Source: Eledone cirrhosa (Eukaryota). Taken from it: a DNA stretch of 64,000 nucleotides. Positions 31,960-46,399 of the stretch are shown here, in pieces. The notes under the pieces are model-generated. The model was not told where the DNA came from and did not search any database. It saw only the letters and a program-made list of their open reading frames with translations. Numbering within the stretch: position 1 is the first letter of the stretch; the number at the start of each line of letters is the position of its first letter. Location of the stretch: contig OZ024740.1 in assembly GCA_964016885.1 (NCBI GenBank), positions 318,804,001 to 318,868,000 of the forward strand, read 5' to 3'. Made by a program: the position numbers and the translations under genes.

Positions 31960-34900
31960 TCTATCTGATATTCGAACGACTCTACCAATTCGAAGTCTTT
32001 CTACTACAATACTAACAACAAATAATGCATGATTGTCTCGTCTATTTCCACAACTTACGTTCTATCTGACATTCTAACGACTCTACCAATTCGAAGTCTT
32101 TCTATTACAATACTCACAACAAATAATCCAGGATTGTCTCGTCTATTTCCACAACTTACATTCTATCTGACATTCTAACGTCTCTACGAATTCGTTGTCT
32201 TTCTACTACAATGCTCACAACAAATAATCCACGACTGTCTCGTCTATTTCCACAAATTACATTCTATCTGACATTCTAACGACTCTACCAATTCGAAATC
32301 TTTCTACTACAATACTCACAACAAACAATCCAGGATTGTCTCGTCTATTTCTACAACTTACATTCTATGTGACATTCAAACGACTCTATAAATTCGAAGT
32401 CTTTCTACAACAATACTAACGTCAAATAATCCAGGATTGTCTCGTCCATTTCCACAACTTACATTCTATCTGACAGTCTAACGACTCTACGAATTCGAAG
32501 TCTTTCTACTACAATACTCACAACAAATAATCAAGGATTGTATCGTCTATTTCCACAACTTACATTCTATCTGACATTCTAACTACTCTACCAATTCGAA
32601 GTCCATCTACTACAGTACTCACAACAAATAAACCAGGATTGTCTCGTCTATTTCCACACCTTACATTCTATCTGACAATCTAACGACTCTCCCCATTCGC
32701 TGTATTTCTACTACAATACTAACTTCAAATAATCCAGGATTGTCTCGTCTACTTCCACAACATACATTGTATCTGATATTCTAACGACTCTACCAATTCG
32801 ATGTCTTTCTACTACAATACTCACAACAAATAATCCAGGATTGTCTCATCTATTTCCACAACTTACATTCTATCTCACATTCTAACGAGTCTACCAATTC
32901 GCTGTATTTCTACTACAATACTCACAACAAATAAACCAGGATTGTCTCGTCTATTTCCACAACTTACATTCTATCTGACATACTAACGACTCTACCAATT
33001 CGCTGTATTTCTACTACAATACTAACTTCAAATAATCCAGGATTGTATCGGCTATTTCCACAACTTACATTCTATCTGACATTCTAACGACTCTACCAAT
33101 TCTCTGTCTTTCTACTACAATACTAACAACAAATAATCTAGGATTGTCTCGTCTATTTCCACAACTTATATTCTATCTGACATTCGAACGACTCTACCAA
33201 TTCGAAGTCTTTCTACTACACTACTCACGACAAATAATCCAGGATTGTCTCATCTATTTCCACAACTTACATTCTATCTGACATTCTAACGACTCTACCA
33301 ATTCGATGTGTTTCTACTACAATACTCACAACAAATAATCCAGGATTGTTTCGTCTATCTCCAGACCTTACATTTTATCTGACATTCTAACAACTCTACC
33401 AGTTCGCTGTATTTCTACTACAATACTAACTTCAAATAATCCAGGATTGTCTCGTCTATTTCCACAGCTTACATTCTATCTGACGTTCAAACGACTCTAC
33501 CAATTCGAAGTCTTTCTACTACAATACTAACGTCAAATAATCCAGGATTGTCTCCTCTATTTCTACAACTTACATTCTATCTGACATTCTAACGACTCTA
33601 CCAATTCGAAGTCTTTCTGCTACAATACTCACAACAAATAATCCAGGATTGCCTCGTTTATTTCCACACCTTACATTCTATCTGACATACTAACGACTCT
33701 ACCAATTCGAAGTCTTTCTACTACAATACTAACTTTAAACAATCCAGGATTGTCTCCTCTATTTCCACAACTTACATTCTATCTGACATTGAAACGACTC
33801 TACCAATTCGATGCCTTTGTACTACAATACTCACAAAAAATAATCCAGGATTGTATCGTCTATTTCCACAACTTACATTCTATCTGACATTCTAACGACT
33901 CTATCAATTCGCTGTATTTCTACTACAATACTAACTTCAATTAGTCCAGGATTGTCTCATTCATTTCCACAACTTACATGCTATCTGATATTCGAACGAC
34001 TCTACCAATTCGAAGTCTTTCTACTACAATACTAACAACAAATAATGCAGGATTGTCTCGTCTATTTCCACAACTTACGTTCTATCTGACATTCTAACGA
34101 CTCTACCAATTCGAAGTCTTTCTAATACAATACTCACAAAAAATAATCCAGGGTTGTCGCGTCTATTTCCACAACTTACATTCTATCTGACATTCTAACA
34201 ACTCTACGAATTCGCTGTCTTTCTACTACAATGCTCACAACAAATAATCCACGACTGTCTCGTCTATTTCCACAACTTACATTCTATCTGACATTCTAAC
34301 GACTCTACCAATTCGAAATCTTTCTACTACAATACTCACAACAAACAATCCAGGAATGTCTCGTCTATTTCTACAACTTACATTCTATGTGACATTCAAA
34401 CGACTCTATCAATTCCAAGTCTTTCTACAACAATACTAACTTCAAATAATCCAGGATTGTCTCGTCCATTTCCACTATTTACATTCTATCTGACATTCTA
34501 ACGACTCTACCAATTCGAAGTCTTTCTACTACAATACTCACAACAAATAATCAAGGATTGTATCGTCTATTTCCACAACTTACATTCTATCTGACATTCT
34601 AACGACTCTACCAATTCGAAGTCTATCTACTACAGTACTCACAACAAAAAATCCAGGATTGTCTCGTCTATTTCCACACCTTACATTCTATCTGACATTC
34701 TAACGACTCTACCCATTCGCTGTATTTCTACTACAATACTAACTTCAAATAATCCAGGATTGTCTCGTCTACTTCCACAACTTACATTGTATCTGATATT
34801 CTAACGACTCTACCAATTCGAAGTCTTTCTACTACAATACTCACAACAAATAATCCAGGATTGTCTCGTCTATTTCCACAACTTACCTTGTATCTGACAT

Positions 34901-36840
34901 TCTAATGACTCTACCAATTCGCTGTCTTTCTACTACAATACTCACAACAAATAATCCATATTGTCTCGTCTATTTCCACAACTTACATTCTATCTGACAT
35001 TCAAACGACTCTATCAATTCGAAGTCTTTCTACTACAATACTAACGTCAAATAATCCAGGATTGTCTCGTCTATTTCCACAACTTACTTTCTATCTGATA
35101 TTCGAACGACTCTACCAATTCGAAGTCTTTCTACTACAATACTAACAACAAATAATGCAGGATTGTCTCGTCTATTTCCACAACTTACGTTCTATCTGAC
35201 ATTCTAACGACTCTACCAATTCGAAGTCTTTCTATTACAATACTCACAACAAATAATCCAGGATTGTCTCGTCTATTTCCACAACTTACATTCTATCTGA
35301 CATTCTAACGACTCTACGAATTCGTTGTCTTTCTACTACAATGCTCACAACAAATAATCCACGACTGTCTCGTCTATTTCCACAAATTACATTCTATCTG
35401 ACATTCTAACGACTCTACCAATTCGAAATCTTTCTACTACAATACTCACAACAAACAATCCAGGATTGTCTCGTCTATTTCTACAACTTACATTCTATGT
35501 GACATTCAAACGACTCTATCAATTCGAAGTCTTTCTACAACAATACTAACGTCAAATAATCCAGGATTGTCTCGTCCATTTCCACAACTTACATTCTATC
35601 TGACAGTCTAACGACTCTACGAATTCGAAGTCTTTCTACTACAATACTCACAACAAATAATCAAGGATTGTATCGTCTATTTCCACAACTTACATTCTAT
35701 CTGACATTCTAACGACTCTACCAATTCGAAGTCTATCTACTACAGTACTCACAACAAATAAACCAGGATTGTCTCGTCTATTTCCACACCTTACATTCTA
35801 TCTGACATTCTAACGACTCTCCCCATTCGCTGTATTTCTACTACAATACTAACTTCAAATAATCCAGAATTGTCTCGTCTACTTCCACAACATACATTGT
35901 ATCTGATATTCTAACGACTCTACAAATTCGAAGTCTTTCTACTACAATACTCACAACAAATAATCCAGGATTGTCTCGTCTACTTCCACAACATACATTG
36001 TATCTGATATTCTAACGACTCTACAAATTCGAAGTCTTTCTACTACAATACTCACAACAAATAATCCAGGATTGTCTCATCTATTTCCACAACTTACATT
36101 CTATCTCACATTCTAACGAGTCTACCAATTCGCTGTATTTCTACTACAATACTCACAACAAATAAACCAGGATTGTCTCGTCTATTTCCACAACTTACAT
36201 TCTATCTGACATACTAACGACTCTACCAATTCGCTGTATTTCTACTACAATACTAACTTCAAATAATCCAGGATTGTATCGGCTATTTCCACAACTTACA
36301 TTCTATCTGACATTCTAACGACTCTAACAATTCGCTGTCTTTCTACTACAATACTAACAACAAATAATCTAGGATTGTCTCGTCTATTTCCACAACTTAT
36401 ATTCTATCTGATATTCGAACGTCTCTACCAATTCGAAGTCTTTCTACTACACTACTCACGACAAATAATCCAGGACTGTCTCATCTATTTCCACAACTTA
36501 CATTCTATCTGACATTCTAACGACTCTACCAATTCGATGTGTTTCTACTACAATACTCACAACAAATAATCCAGGATTGTTTCGTCTATCTCCAGACCTT
36601 ACATTTTATCTGACATTCTAACAACTCTACCAGTTCGCTGTATTTCTACTACAATACTAACTTCAAATAATCCAGGATTGTCTCGTCTATTTCCACAACT
36701 TACATTCTACCTGACGTTCAAACGACTCTACCAATTCGAAGTCTTTCTACTACAATACAAACGTCAAATAATCCAGGATTGTCTCCTCTATTTCTACAAC
36801 TTACATTCTATCTGACATTCTAACGACTCTACCAATTCGC
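31960..36840. repeat. Block c. 31960-33600 repeated at c. 35090-36840; offset 3130 bp (31 monomers - 1 bp), rising by one monomer after 35980
   Basis: TGACAGTCTA at 32471 and 35601; shared TTCGTTGTC, CACAAATTAC and CTCCCCATTCG variants. The second copy carries an extra duplicated monomer at 35881/35982. Confidence 0.85.
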
Positions 36841-39800
36841 TGTATTTCTACTACAATACTAACGTCAAATAATCCAGGATCGTATCGTCTATTTCTACAA
36901 ATTACATTCTATCTGACATTCTAACGACTCTACCAATTCGAAGTATTTCTGCTACAATACTCACAACAAATAATCCAGGATTGCCTCGTTTATTTCCACA
37001 CCTTACATTCTATCTGACATACTAACGACTCTACCAATTCGAAGTCTTTCTACTACAATACTAACTTTAAACAATCCAGGATTGTCTCCTCTATTTCCAC
37101 AGCTTACATTCTATCTGACATTGAAACGACTCTACCAATTCGATGTCTTTGTACTACAATACTCACAAAAAATAATCCAGGATTGTATAGTCTATTTCCA
37201 CAACTTACATTCTATCTGACATTCTAACGACTCTACCAATTCGCTGTATTTCTACTACAATACTAACTTCAATTAGTCCAGGATTGTCTCATTTATTTCC
37301 ACAACTTACATTCTATCTGATATTCGAACGACTCTACCAATTCGAAGTCTTTCTACTACAATACTAACAACAAATAATGCAGGATTGTCTCGTCTACTTC
37401 CACAACTTACGTTCTATCTGACATTCTAACGACTCTACCAATTCGCTGTCTTTCTACTACAATGCTCACAACAAATAATCCACGACTGTCTCGTCTATTT
37501 CCACAACTTACATTCTATCTGACATTCTAACGACTCTACCAATTCGAAATGTTTCTACTACAATACTCACAACAAACAATCCAGGATTGTCTCGACTATT
37601 TCTACAACTTACATTCTATGTGACATTCAAACGACTCTATCAATTCCAAGTCTTTCTACAACAATACTAACGTCAAATAATCCAGGATTGTCTCGTCCAT
37701 TTCCACTATTTACATTCTATCTGACATTCTAACGACTCTACCAATTCGAAATCTTTCTACTACAATACTCACAACAAATAATCAAGGATTGTATCGTCTA
37801 TTTCCACAACTTACATTCTATCTGACATTCTAACGACTCTACCAATTCGAAGTCTTTCTACTACAATACTAACTTTAAACAATCCAGGATTGTCTCCTCT
37901 ATTTCCACAACTTACATTCTATCTGACATTGAAACGACTCTACCAATTCGATGTCTTTGTACTACAATACTCACAAAAAATAATCCAGGATTGTATCGTC
38001 TATTTCCACAATTTACATTCTATCTGACATTCTAACGACTCTATCAATTCGCTGTATTTCTACTACAATACTAACTTCAATTAGTCCAGGATTGTCTCGT
38101 CTATTTCCACAACTTACGTTCTATCTGACATTCTAACGACTCTACCAATTCGAAGTCTTTCTACTACAATACTAACAACAAATAATCCACGACTGTCTCG
38201 TCTATTTCCACAACTTACATTCTATCTGACATTCTAACGACTCTACCAATTCGAAATCTTTCTACTACAATACTCACAACAAACAATCCAGGAATGTCTC
38301 GTCTATTTCTACAACTTACATTCTATGTGACATTCAAACGACTCTATCAATTCCAAGTCTTTCTACAACAATACTAACGTCAAATAATCCAGGATTGTCT
38401 CGTCCATTTCCACTATTTACATTCTATCTGACATTCTAACGACTCTACCAATTCGAAGTCTTTCTACTACAATACTCACAACAAATAATCAAGGATTGTA
38501 TCGTCTATTTCCACAACTTACATTCTATCTGACATTCTAACGACTCTACCAATTCGAAGTCTATCTACTACAGTACTCACAACAAAAAATCCAGGATTGT
38601 CTCGTCTATTTCCACACCTTACATTCTATCTGACATTCTAACGACTCTACCCATTCGCTGTACTTCTACTACAATACTAACTTCAAATAATCCAGGATTG
38701 TCTCGTCTACTTCCACAACTTACATTGTATCTGATATTCTAATGACTCTACCAATTCGCTGTCTTTCTACTACAATACTCACAACAAATAATCCATATTG
38801 TCTCGTCTATTTCCACAACTTACATTCTATCTGACATTCAAACGACTCTATCAATTCGAAGTCTTTCTACTACAATACTAACGTCAAATAATCCAGGATT
38901 GTCTCGTCTATTTCCACAACTTACTTTCTATCTGACATTCTAACGACTCTACCAATTCGCTGTATTTCTACTACAATACTAACGTCAAATAATCCAGGAT
39001 TGTATCGTCTATTTCTACAAATTACATTCTATCTGACATTCTAACGACTCTACCAATTCGAAGTCTTTCTGCTACAATACTCACAACAAATAATCCAGGA
39101 TTGCCTCGTTTATTTCCACACCTTACATTCTATCTGACATACTAACGACTCTACCAATTCGAAGTCTTTCTACTAGAATACTAACTTTAAACAATCCAGG
39201 ATTGTCTCCTCTATTTCCACAACTTACATTCTATCTGACATTGAAACGACTCTACCAATTCGATGTCTTTGTACTACAATACTCACAAAAAATAATCCAG
39301 GATTGTATCGTCTATTTCCACAACTTACATTCTATCTGACATTCTAACGACTCTATCAATTAGCTGTATTTCTACTACAATACTAACTTCAATTAGTCCA
39401 GGATTGTCTCATTTATTTCCACAACTTACATGCTATCTGATATTCGAACGACTCTACCAATTCGAAGTCTTTCTACTACAATACTAACAACAAATAATGC
39501 AGGATTGTCTCGTCTATTTCCACAACTTACGTTCTATCTGACATTCTAACGACTCTACCAATTCGAAGTCTTTCTATTACAATACTCACAAAAAATAATC
39601 CAGGGTTGTCGCGTCTATTTCCACAACTTACATTCTATCTGACATTCTAACAACTCTACGAATTCGCTGTCTTTCTACTACAATGCTCACAACAAATAAT
39701 CCACGACTGTCTCGTCTATTTCCACAACTTACATTCTATCTGACATTCTAACGACTCTACCAATTCGAAATGTTTCTACTACAATACTCACAACAAACAA

Positions 39801-40599
39801 TCCAGGATTGTCTCGTCTATTTCTACAACTTACATTCTATGTGACATTTAAACGACTCTATCAATTCCAAGTCTTTCTACAACAATACAAACGTCAAATA
39901 ATCCAGGATTGTCTCGTCCATTTCCACTATTTACATTCTATCTGACATTCTAACGACTCTACCAATTCGAAATCTTTCTACTACAATACTCACAACAAAT
40001 AATCAAGTATTGTATCGTCTATTTCCACAACTTACATTCTATCTGACATTCTAACGACTCTACCAATTCGAAGTCTATCTACTACAGTACTCACAACAAA
40101 AAATCCAGGATTGTCACGTCTATTTCCACACCTTACATTCTATCTGACATTCTAACGACTCTACCCATTCGCTGTATTTCTACTACAATACTAACTTCAA
40201 ATAATCCAGGATTGTCTCGTCTACTTCCACAACTTACATTGTATCTGATATTCTAAAGACTCTACCAATTCGCTGTATTTCTACTACAATACTCTCAACA
40301 AATAAACCAGGATTGTCTCGTCTATTTCCACAACTTACATTCTATCTGACATTCTAATGACTCTACCAATTCGCTGTCTTTATACTACAATACTCACAAC
40401 AAATAATCCAGGATTGTCTCGTCTACTTCCACAACTTACATTGTATCTGATATTCTAAAGACTCTACCAATTCGCTGTATTTCTACTACAATACTCTCAA
40501 CAAATAAACCAGGATTGTCTCGATTATTTTCCACAACTTACATTCTATCTGATATTCTAACGACTCTACCAATTCGATGTCTTTCTACTACAATACTCA

Positions 40600-42960
40600 C
40601 AACAAATAATCCAGGATTGTCTCGTCTATTTCCACAACTTACATTCTATCTCACATTCTAACGTGTCTACCAATTCGCTGTATTTCTACTACAATACTCT
40701 CAACAAATAAACCAGGATTGTCTCGCCTATTTCCACAACTTACATTCTATCTGACATACTAACGACTCTACCAATTCGAAGTCTTTCTACTACAATACTA
40801 ACTTTAAACAATCCAGGATTGTCTCCTCTATTTCCACAACTTACATTATATCTGACATTCTAATGACTCTACCAATTCGCTGTCTTTATACTACAATACT
40901 CACAACAAATAATCCATATTGTCTCGTCTATTTCCACAACTTACATTCTATCTGACATTCAAACGACTCTATCAATTCGAAGTCTTTCTACTACAATACT
41001 AACGTCAAATAATCCAGGATTGTCTCGTCTATTTCCACAACTTACTTTCTATCTGACATTCTAACGACTCTACCAATTCGATGTCTTTCTACTACAATAC
41101 TAATTTTAATTATCCAGCATTGTCTCTTCTATTTCCACAACTTACATATTATTTGAAATTCTAACGACTCTACCAATTCGATGTCTTTCTACTACAATAC
41201 TCACAACAAATAATCCAGCATTGTCTCGCCTATTTCCACAACTCACATTCTATCTGACATTCTAACGACTCTACCAATTCGCTGTCTTTCTACTACAATA
41301 CTAACAACAAATAATCTAGGATTGTCTCGTCTATTTCCACAATTTACATTTTATCTGACATTCTAACGACTCTACCAATTCGAAGTTTTTCTACTACAAT
41401 ACTCACAAAAAATAATCAAGGATTGTATCGTCTATTTCCACAACTTACATTCTATCTGACATTCTAACGACTCTACACATTCGCTGTATTTCTACTACAA
41501 TACTAACTTCAAATAATCCAGGATTGTCTCCTCTATTTCCACAACTTACATTCTATCTCACATTCTAACGAGTCTACCAATTCGCTGTATTTCTACTACA
41601 ATACTCACAACAAATAAACCAGGATTGTCTCGTCTATTTCCACAACTTACATTCTATCTGACATACTAACGACTCTACCAATTCGAAGTCTTTCTACTAC
41701 AATACTAACTTTAAACAATCCAGGAATGTCTCCCCTATCTCCACAACTTACATTCTATCTGACATTCTAACGACTCTACCAATTCGCTGTATTTCTACTA
41801 CAATACTAACTTCAGATAATCCAGGATTGTCTCGTCTATTTCCACAACTTACATTCTATCTCACATTCTAACGTGTCTACCAATTCGCTGTATTTCTACT
41901 ACAATACTCTCAACAAATAAACCAGGATTGTCTCGCCTATTTCCACAACTTACATTCTATCTGACATACTAACGACTCTACCAATTCGAAGTCTTTCTAA
42001 TACAATACTAACTTTAAACAATCCAGGATTGTGTCCTCTATTTCCACAACTTACATTATATCTGACATTCTAATGACTCTACCAATTCGCTGTCTTTATA
42101 CTACAATACTCACAACAAATAATCCATATTGTCTCGTCTATTTCCACAACTTACATTCTATCTGACATTCAAACGACTCTATCAATTCGAAGTCTTTCTA
42201 CTACAATACTAACGTCAAATAATCCAGGATTGTCTCGTCTATTTCCACAACTTACTTTCTATCTGACATTCTAACGACTCTACCAATTCGATGTCTTTCT
42301 ACTACAATACTAATTTTAATTATCCAGCATTGTCTCTTCTATTTCCACAACTTACATATTATTTGAAATTCTAACGACTCTACCAATTCGATGTCTTTCT
42401 ACTACAATACTCACAACAAATAATCCAGGATTGTATAGTCTATTTCTACAACTTACATTCTATCTGACATTCTAACGACTCTACCAAATCGAAGTCTTTC
42501 TGCTACAATACTCACAACAAATAATCCAGGATTGTCTCGTCTATTTCCACACCTTACATTCTATCTGACATTCTAACGACTCTACCAATTCGCTGTATTT
42601 CTACTACAATACTCACAACAAATAATCCAGCATTGTCTCGTCTATTTCCACAACTCACATTCTATCTGACATTCTAACGACTCTACCAATTCGCTGTCTT
42701 TCTACTACAATACTAACAACAAATAATCTAGGATTGTCTCGTCTATTTCCACAATTTACATTTTATCTGACATTCTAACGACTCTACCAATTCGAAGTTT
42801 TTCTACTACAATACTCACAAAAAATAATCAAGGATTGTATCGTCTATTTCCACAACTTACATTCTATCTGACATTCTAACGACTCTACACATTCGCTGTA
42901 TTTCTACTACAATACTAACTTCAAATAATCCAGGATTGTCTCCTCTATTTCCACAACTTA
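40600..42960. repeat. Imperfect tandem duplication; offset 12 then 14 monomers
   Basis: TATCCAGCATTGTCTCTTCT at 41111 and 42321 (offset 1210); CTCTACACATTCG at 41471 and 42883 (offset 1412). Confidence 0.82.
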
Positions 42961-45900
42961 CATTCTATCTGACATTCTAACGACTCTACCAATTCGCTGT
43001 ATTTCTACTACAATACTAACTTCAGATAATCCAGGATTGTATCGGCTATTTCCACAACTTACATTCTATCTGACATTCTAACGACTCTACCAATTCGCTG
43101 TCTTTCTACTACAATACTAACGACAAATAATCTAGGATTGTCTCGTCTATTTCCACAACTTACATTCTATCTGATATTCGAACGACTCTACCAATTCGAA
43201 GTCTTTCTACTACAATACTAACAACAAATATTCTAGGATTGTCTCGTCTATTTCCACAACTTACACTCTATCTGACATTCTAACGACTCTAACAATTCGA
43301 AGTCTTTCTACTACAATACTAACTTCAAATAATCCAGGATTGTCTCGTCTATTTTCCACAACTTACATTCTATCTGATATTCTAACGACTCTACCAATTC
43401 GATGTCTTTCTACTACAATACTCACAACAAATAATCCAGGATTGTCTCGTCTATTTCCACAACTTACATTCTATCTCACATTCTAACGTGTCTACCAATT
43501 CGCTGTATTTCTACTACAATACTCTCAACAAATAAACCAGGATTGTCTCGCCTATTTCCACAACTTACATTCTATCTGACATACTAACGACTCTACCAAT
43601 TCGAAGTCTTTCTACTACAATACTAACTTTAAACAATCCAGGATTGTGTCCTCTATTTCCACAACTTACATTCTATCTGACATTCTAATGACTCTACCAA
43701 TTCGCTGTCTTTATACTACAATACTCACAACAAATAATCCATATTGTCTCGTCTATTTCCACAACTTACATTCTATCTGACATTCAAACGACTCTATCAA
43801 TTCGAAGTCTTTCTACTACAATACTAACTTTAAACAATCCAGGATTGTCTCCCCTATTTCCACAACTTACATTCTATCTGACATTCTAACGACTCTACCA
43901 ATTCGCTGTCTTTCTACTACAATACTAACAACAAATAATCTAGGATTGTCTCGTCTATTTCCACAATTTACATTTTATCTGACATTCTAACGACTCTACC
44001 AATTCGAAGTTTTTCTACTACAATACTCACAACAAATAATCCATGGATTGTCTCGTCTATTTCCACAACTTACATTCTATCTCACATTCTAACGTGTCTA
44101 CCAATTCGCTGTATTTCTACTACAATACTCACAACAAATAAACCAGGATTGTCTCGTCTATTTCCACAACTTACATTCTATCTGACATACTAACGACTCT
44201 ACCAATTCGAAGTCTTTCTACTACAATACTAACTTTAAACAATCCAGGAATGTCTCCCCTATTTCCACAACTTACATTCTATCTGACATTCTAACGACTC
44301 TACCAATTCGCTGTATTTCTACTACAATACTAACTTCAAATAATCCAGGATTGTATCGGCTATTTCCACAACTTACATTCTATCTGACATTCTAACGACT
44401 CTACCAATTCGCTGTCTTTCTACTACAATACTAACAACAAATAATCTAGGATTGTCTCGTCTATTTCCACAACTTACATTCTATCTGATATTCGAACGAC
44501 TCTACCAATTCGATGTCTTTCTACTGCAATACTAACAACAAATAATCTAGGATTGTCTCGTCTATTTCCACAACTTACACTCTATCTGACATTCTAACGA
44601 CTCTAACAATTCGAAGTCTTTCTACTACAATACTAACTTTAAACAATCCAGGTTTGTGTCCTCTATTTCCACAATTTACATTCTATCTGACGTTCTAATG
44701 ACTCTACCAATTCGCTGTCTTTATACTACAATACTCACAACAAATAATCCATATTGTCTCGTCTATTTCCACAACTTACATTCTATCTGACATTCAAACG
44801 ACTCTATCAATTCGAAGTCTTTCTACTACAATACTAACTTTAAACAATCCAGGATTGTCTCCCCTATTTCCACAACTTACATTCTATCTGACATTCTAAC
44901 GACTCTAACAATTCGAAGTTTTTCTACTACAATACTCACAACAAACAATCCAGGATTGTCTCATCTATTTCCACAACTTACATTCTATCTGACATTCAAA
45001 CGACTCTACCAATTCGATGTGTTTCTAATACAATACTCACAACAAATAATCCAGGATTGCATCGTCTATTTCTACAACTTACATTCTATCTGACATTCTA
45101 ACGACTCTACCAATTCGCTGTAATTCTACTACAATACTAACTTCAAATAATCCAGGATCGTCTCGTCTATTTCCACAACTTACATTCTATCTGATATTCT
45201 AACGACTCTACCAATTCGAAGTCTTTCTACTACAATACTCACAACAAATAATCCATGGATTGTCTCGTCTATTTCCACAACTTACATTCTATCTCACATT
45301 CTAACGTGTCTACCAATTCGCTGTATTTCTACTACAATACTCTCAACAAATAAACCAGGATTGTCTCGTCTATTTCCACAACTTACATTCTATCTGACAT
45401 ACTAACGACTCTACCAATTCGAAGTCTTTCTACTACAATACTAACATTAAACAATCCAGGATTGTCTCCTCTATTTCCACAACTTACATTCTATCTGACA
45501 TTCTAATGACTCTACCAATTCGCTGTCTTTATACTACAATACTCACAACAAATAATCCATATTGTCTCGTCTATTTCCACAACTTACATTCTATCTGACA
45601 TTCAAACGACTCTATCAATTCGAAGTCTTTCTACTACAATACTAACTTCAAATAATCCAGGATTGTCTCGTCTATTTCCACAACTTACTTTATATCTGAC
45701 ATTCTAACGACTCTACCAATTCGAAGTCTTTCTACTGCAATACTCACAACAAATATTCCAGGATTGTCTCGTCTATTTCCACAACTTACATTCTATCTGA
45801 CATTCTAACGACTCTACCAATTCGAAGTCTTTCTACTACAATACTAATTTTAATTATCCAGGATTGTCTCCTCTATTTCCACAACTTACATATTATCTGA

Positions 45901-46399
45901 AATTCTAACGACTCTGCCAATTCGATGTCTTTCTACTACAATACTCACAACAAATAATCCAGGATTGTATAGTCTATTTCTACAACTTACATTCTATCTG
46001 ACATTCTAACGACTCTACCAATTCGAAGTCTTTCTGCTACAATACTCACAACAAATAATCCAGGATTGTCTCGTCTATTTCCACACCTTACATTCTAACT
46101 GACATTCTAACGACTCTACCAATTCGAAGTCTTTCTACTACAATACTAACAACAAATAATCTAGGATTGTCTCGTCTATTTCCACAATTTACATTTTATC
46201 TGACATTCTAACGACTCTACCAATTCGAAGTCTTTCTACTACAATACTCACAACAAATAATCCAGGATCGTCTCGTCTATTTCCACAACTTACATTCTAT
46301 CTGACATTCTAACGACTCTACCAATTCGAAGTTTTTCTACTACAATACTCACAACAAATAATCAAGGATTGTATCGTCTATTTCCTCAACTTACATTCT

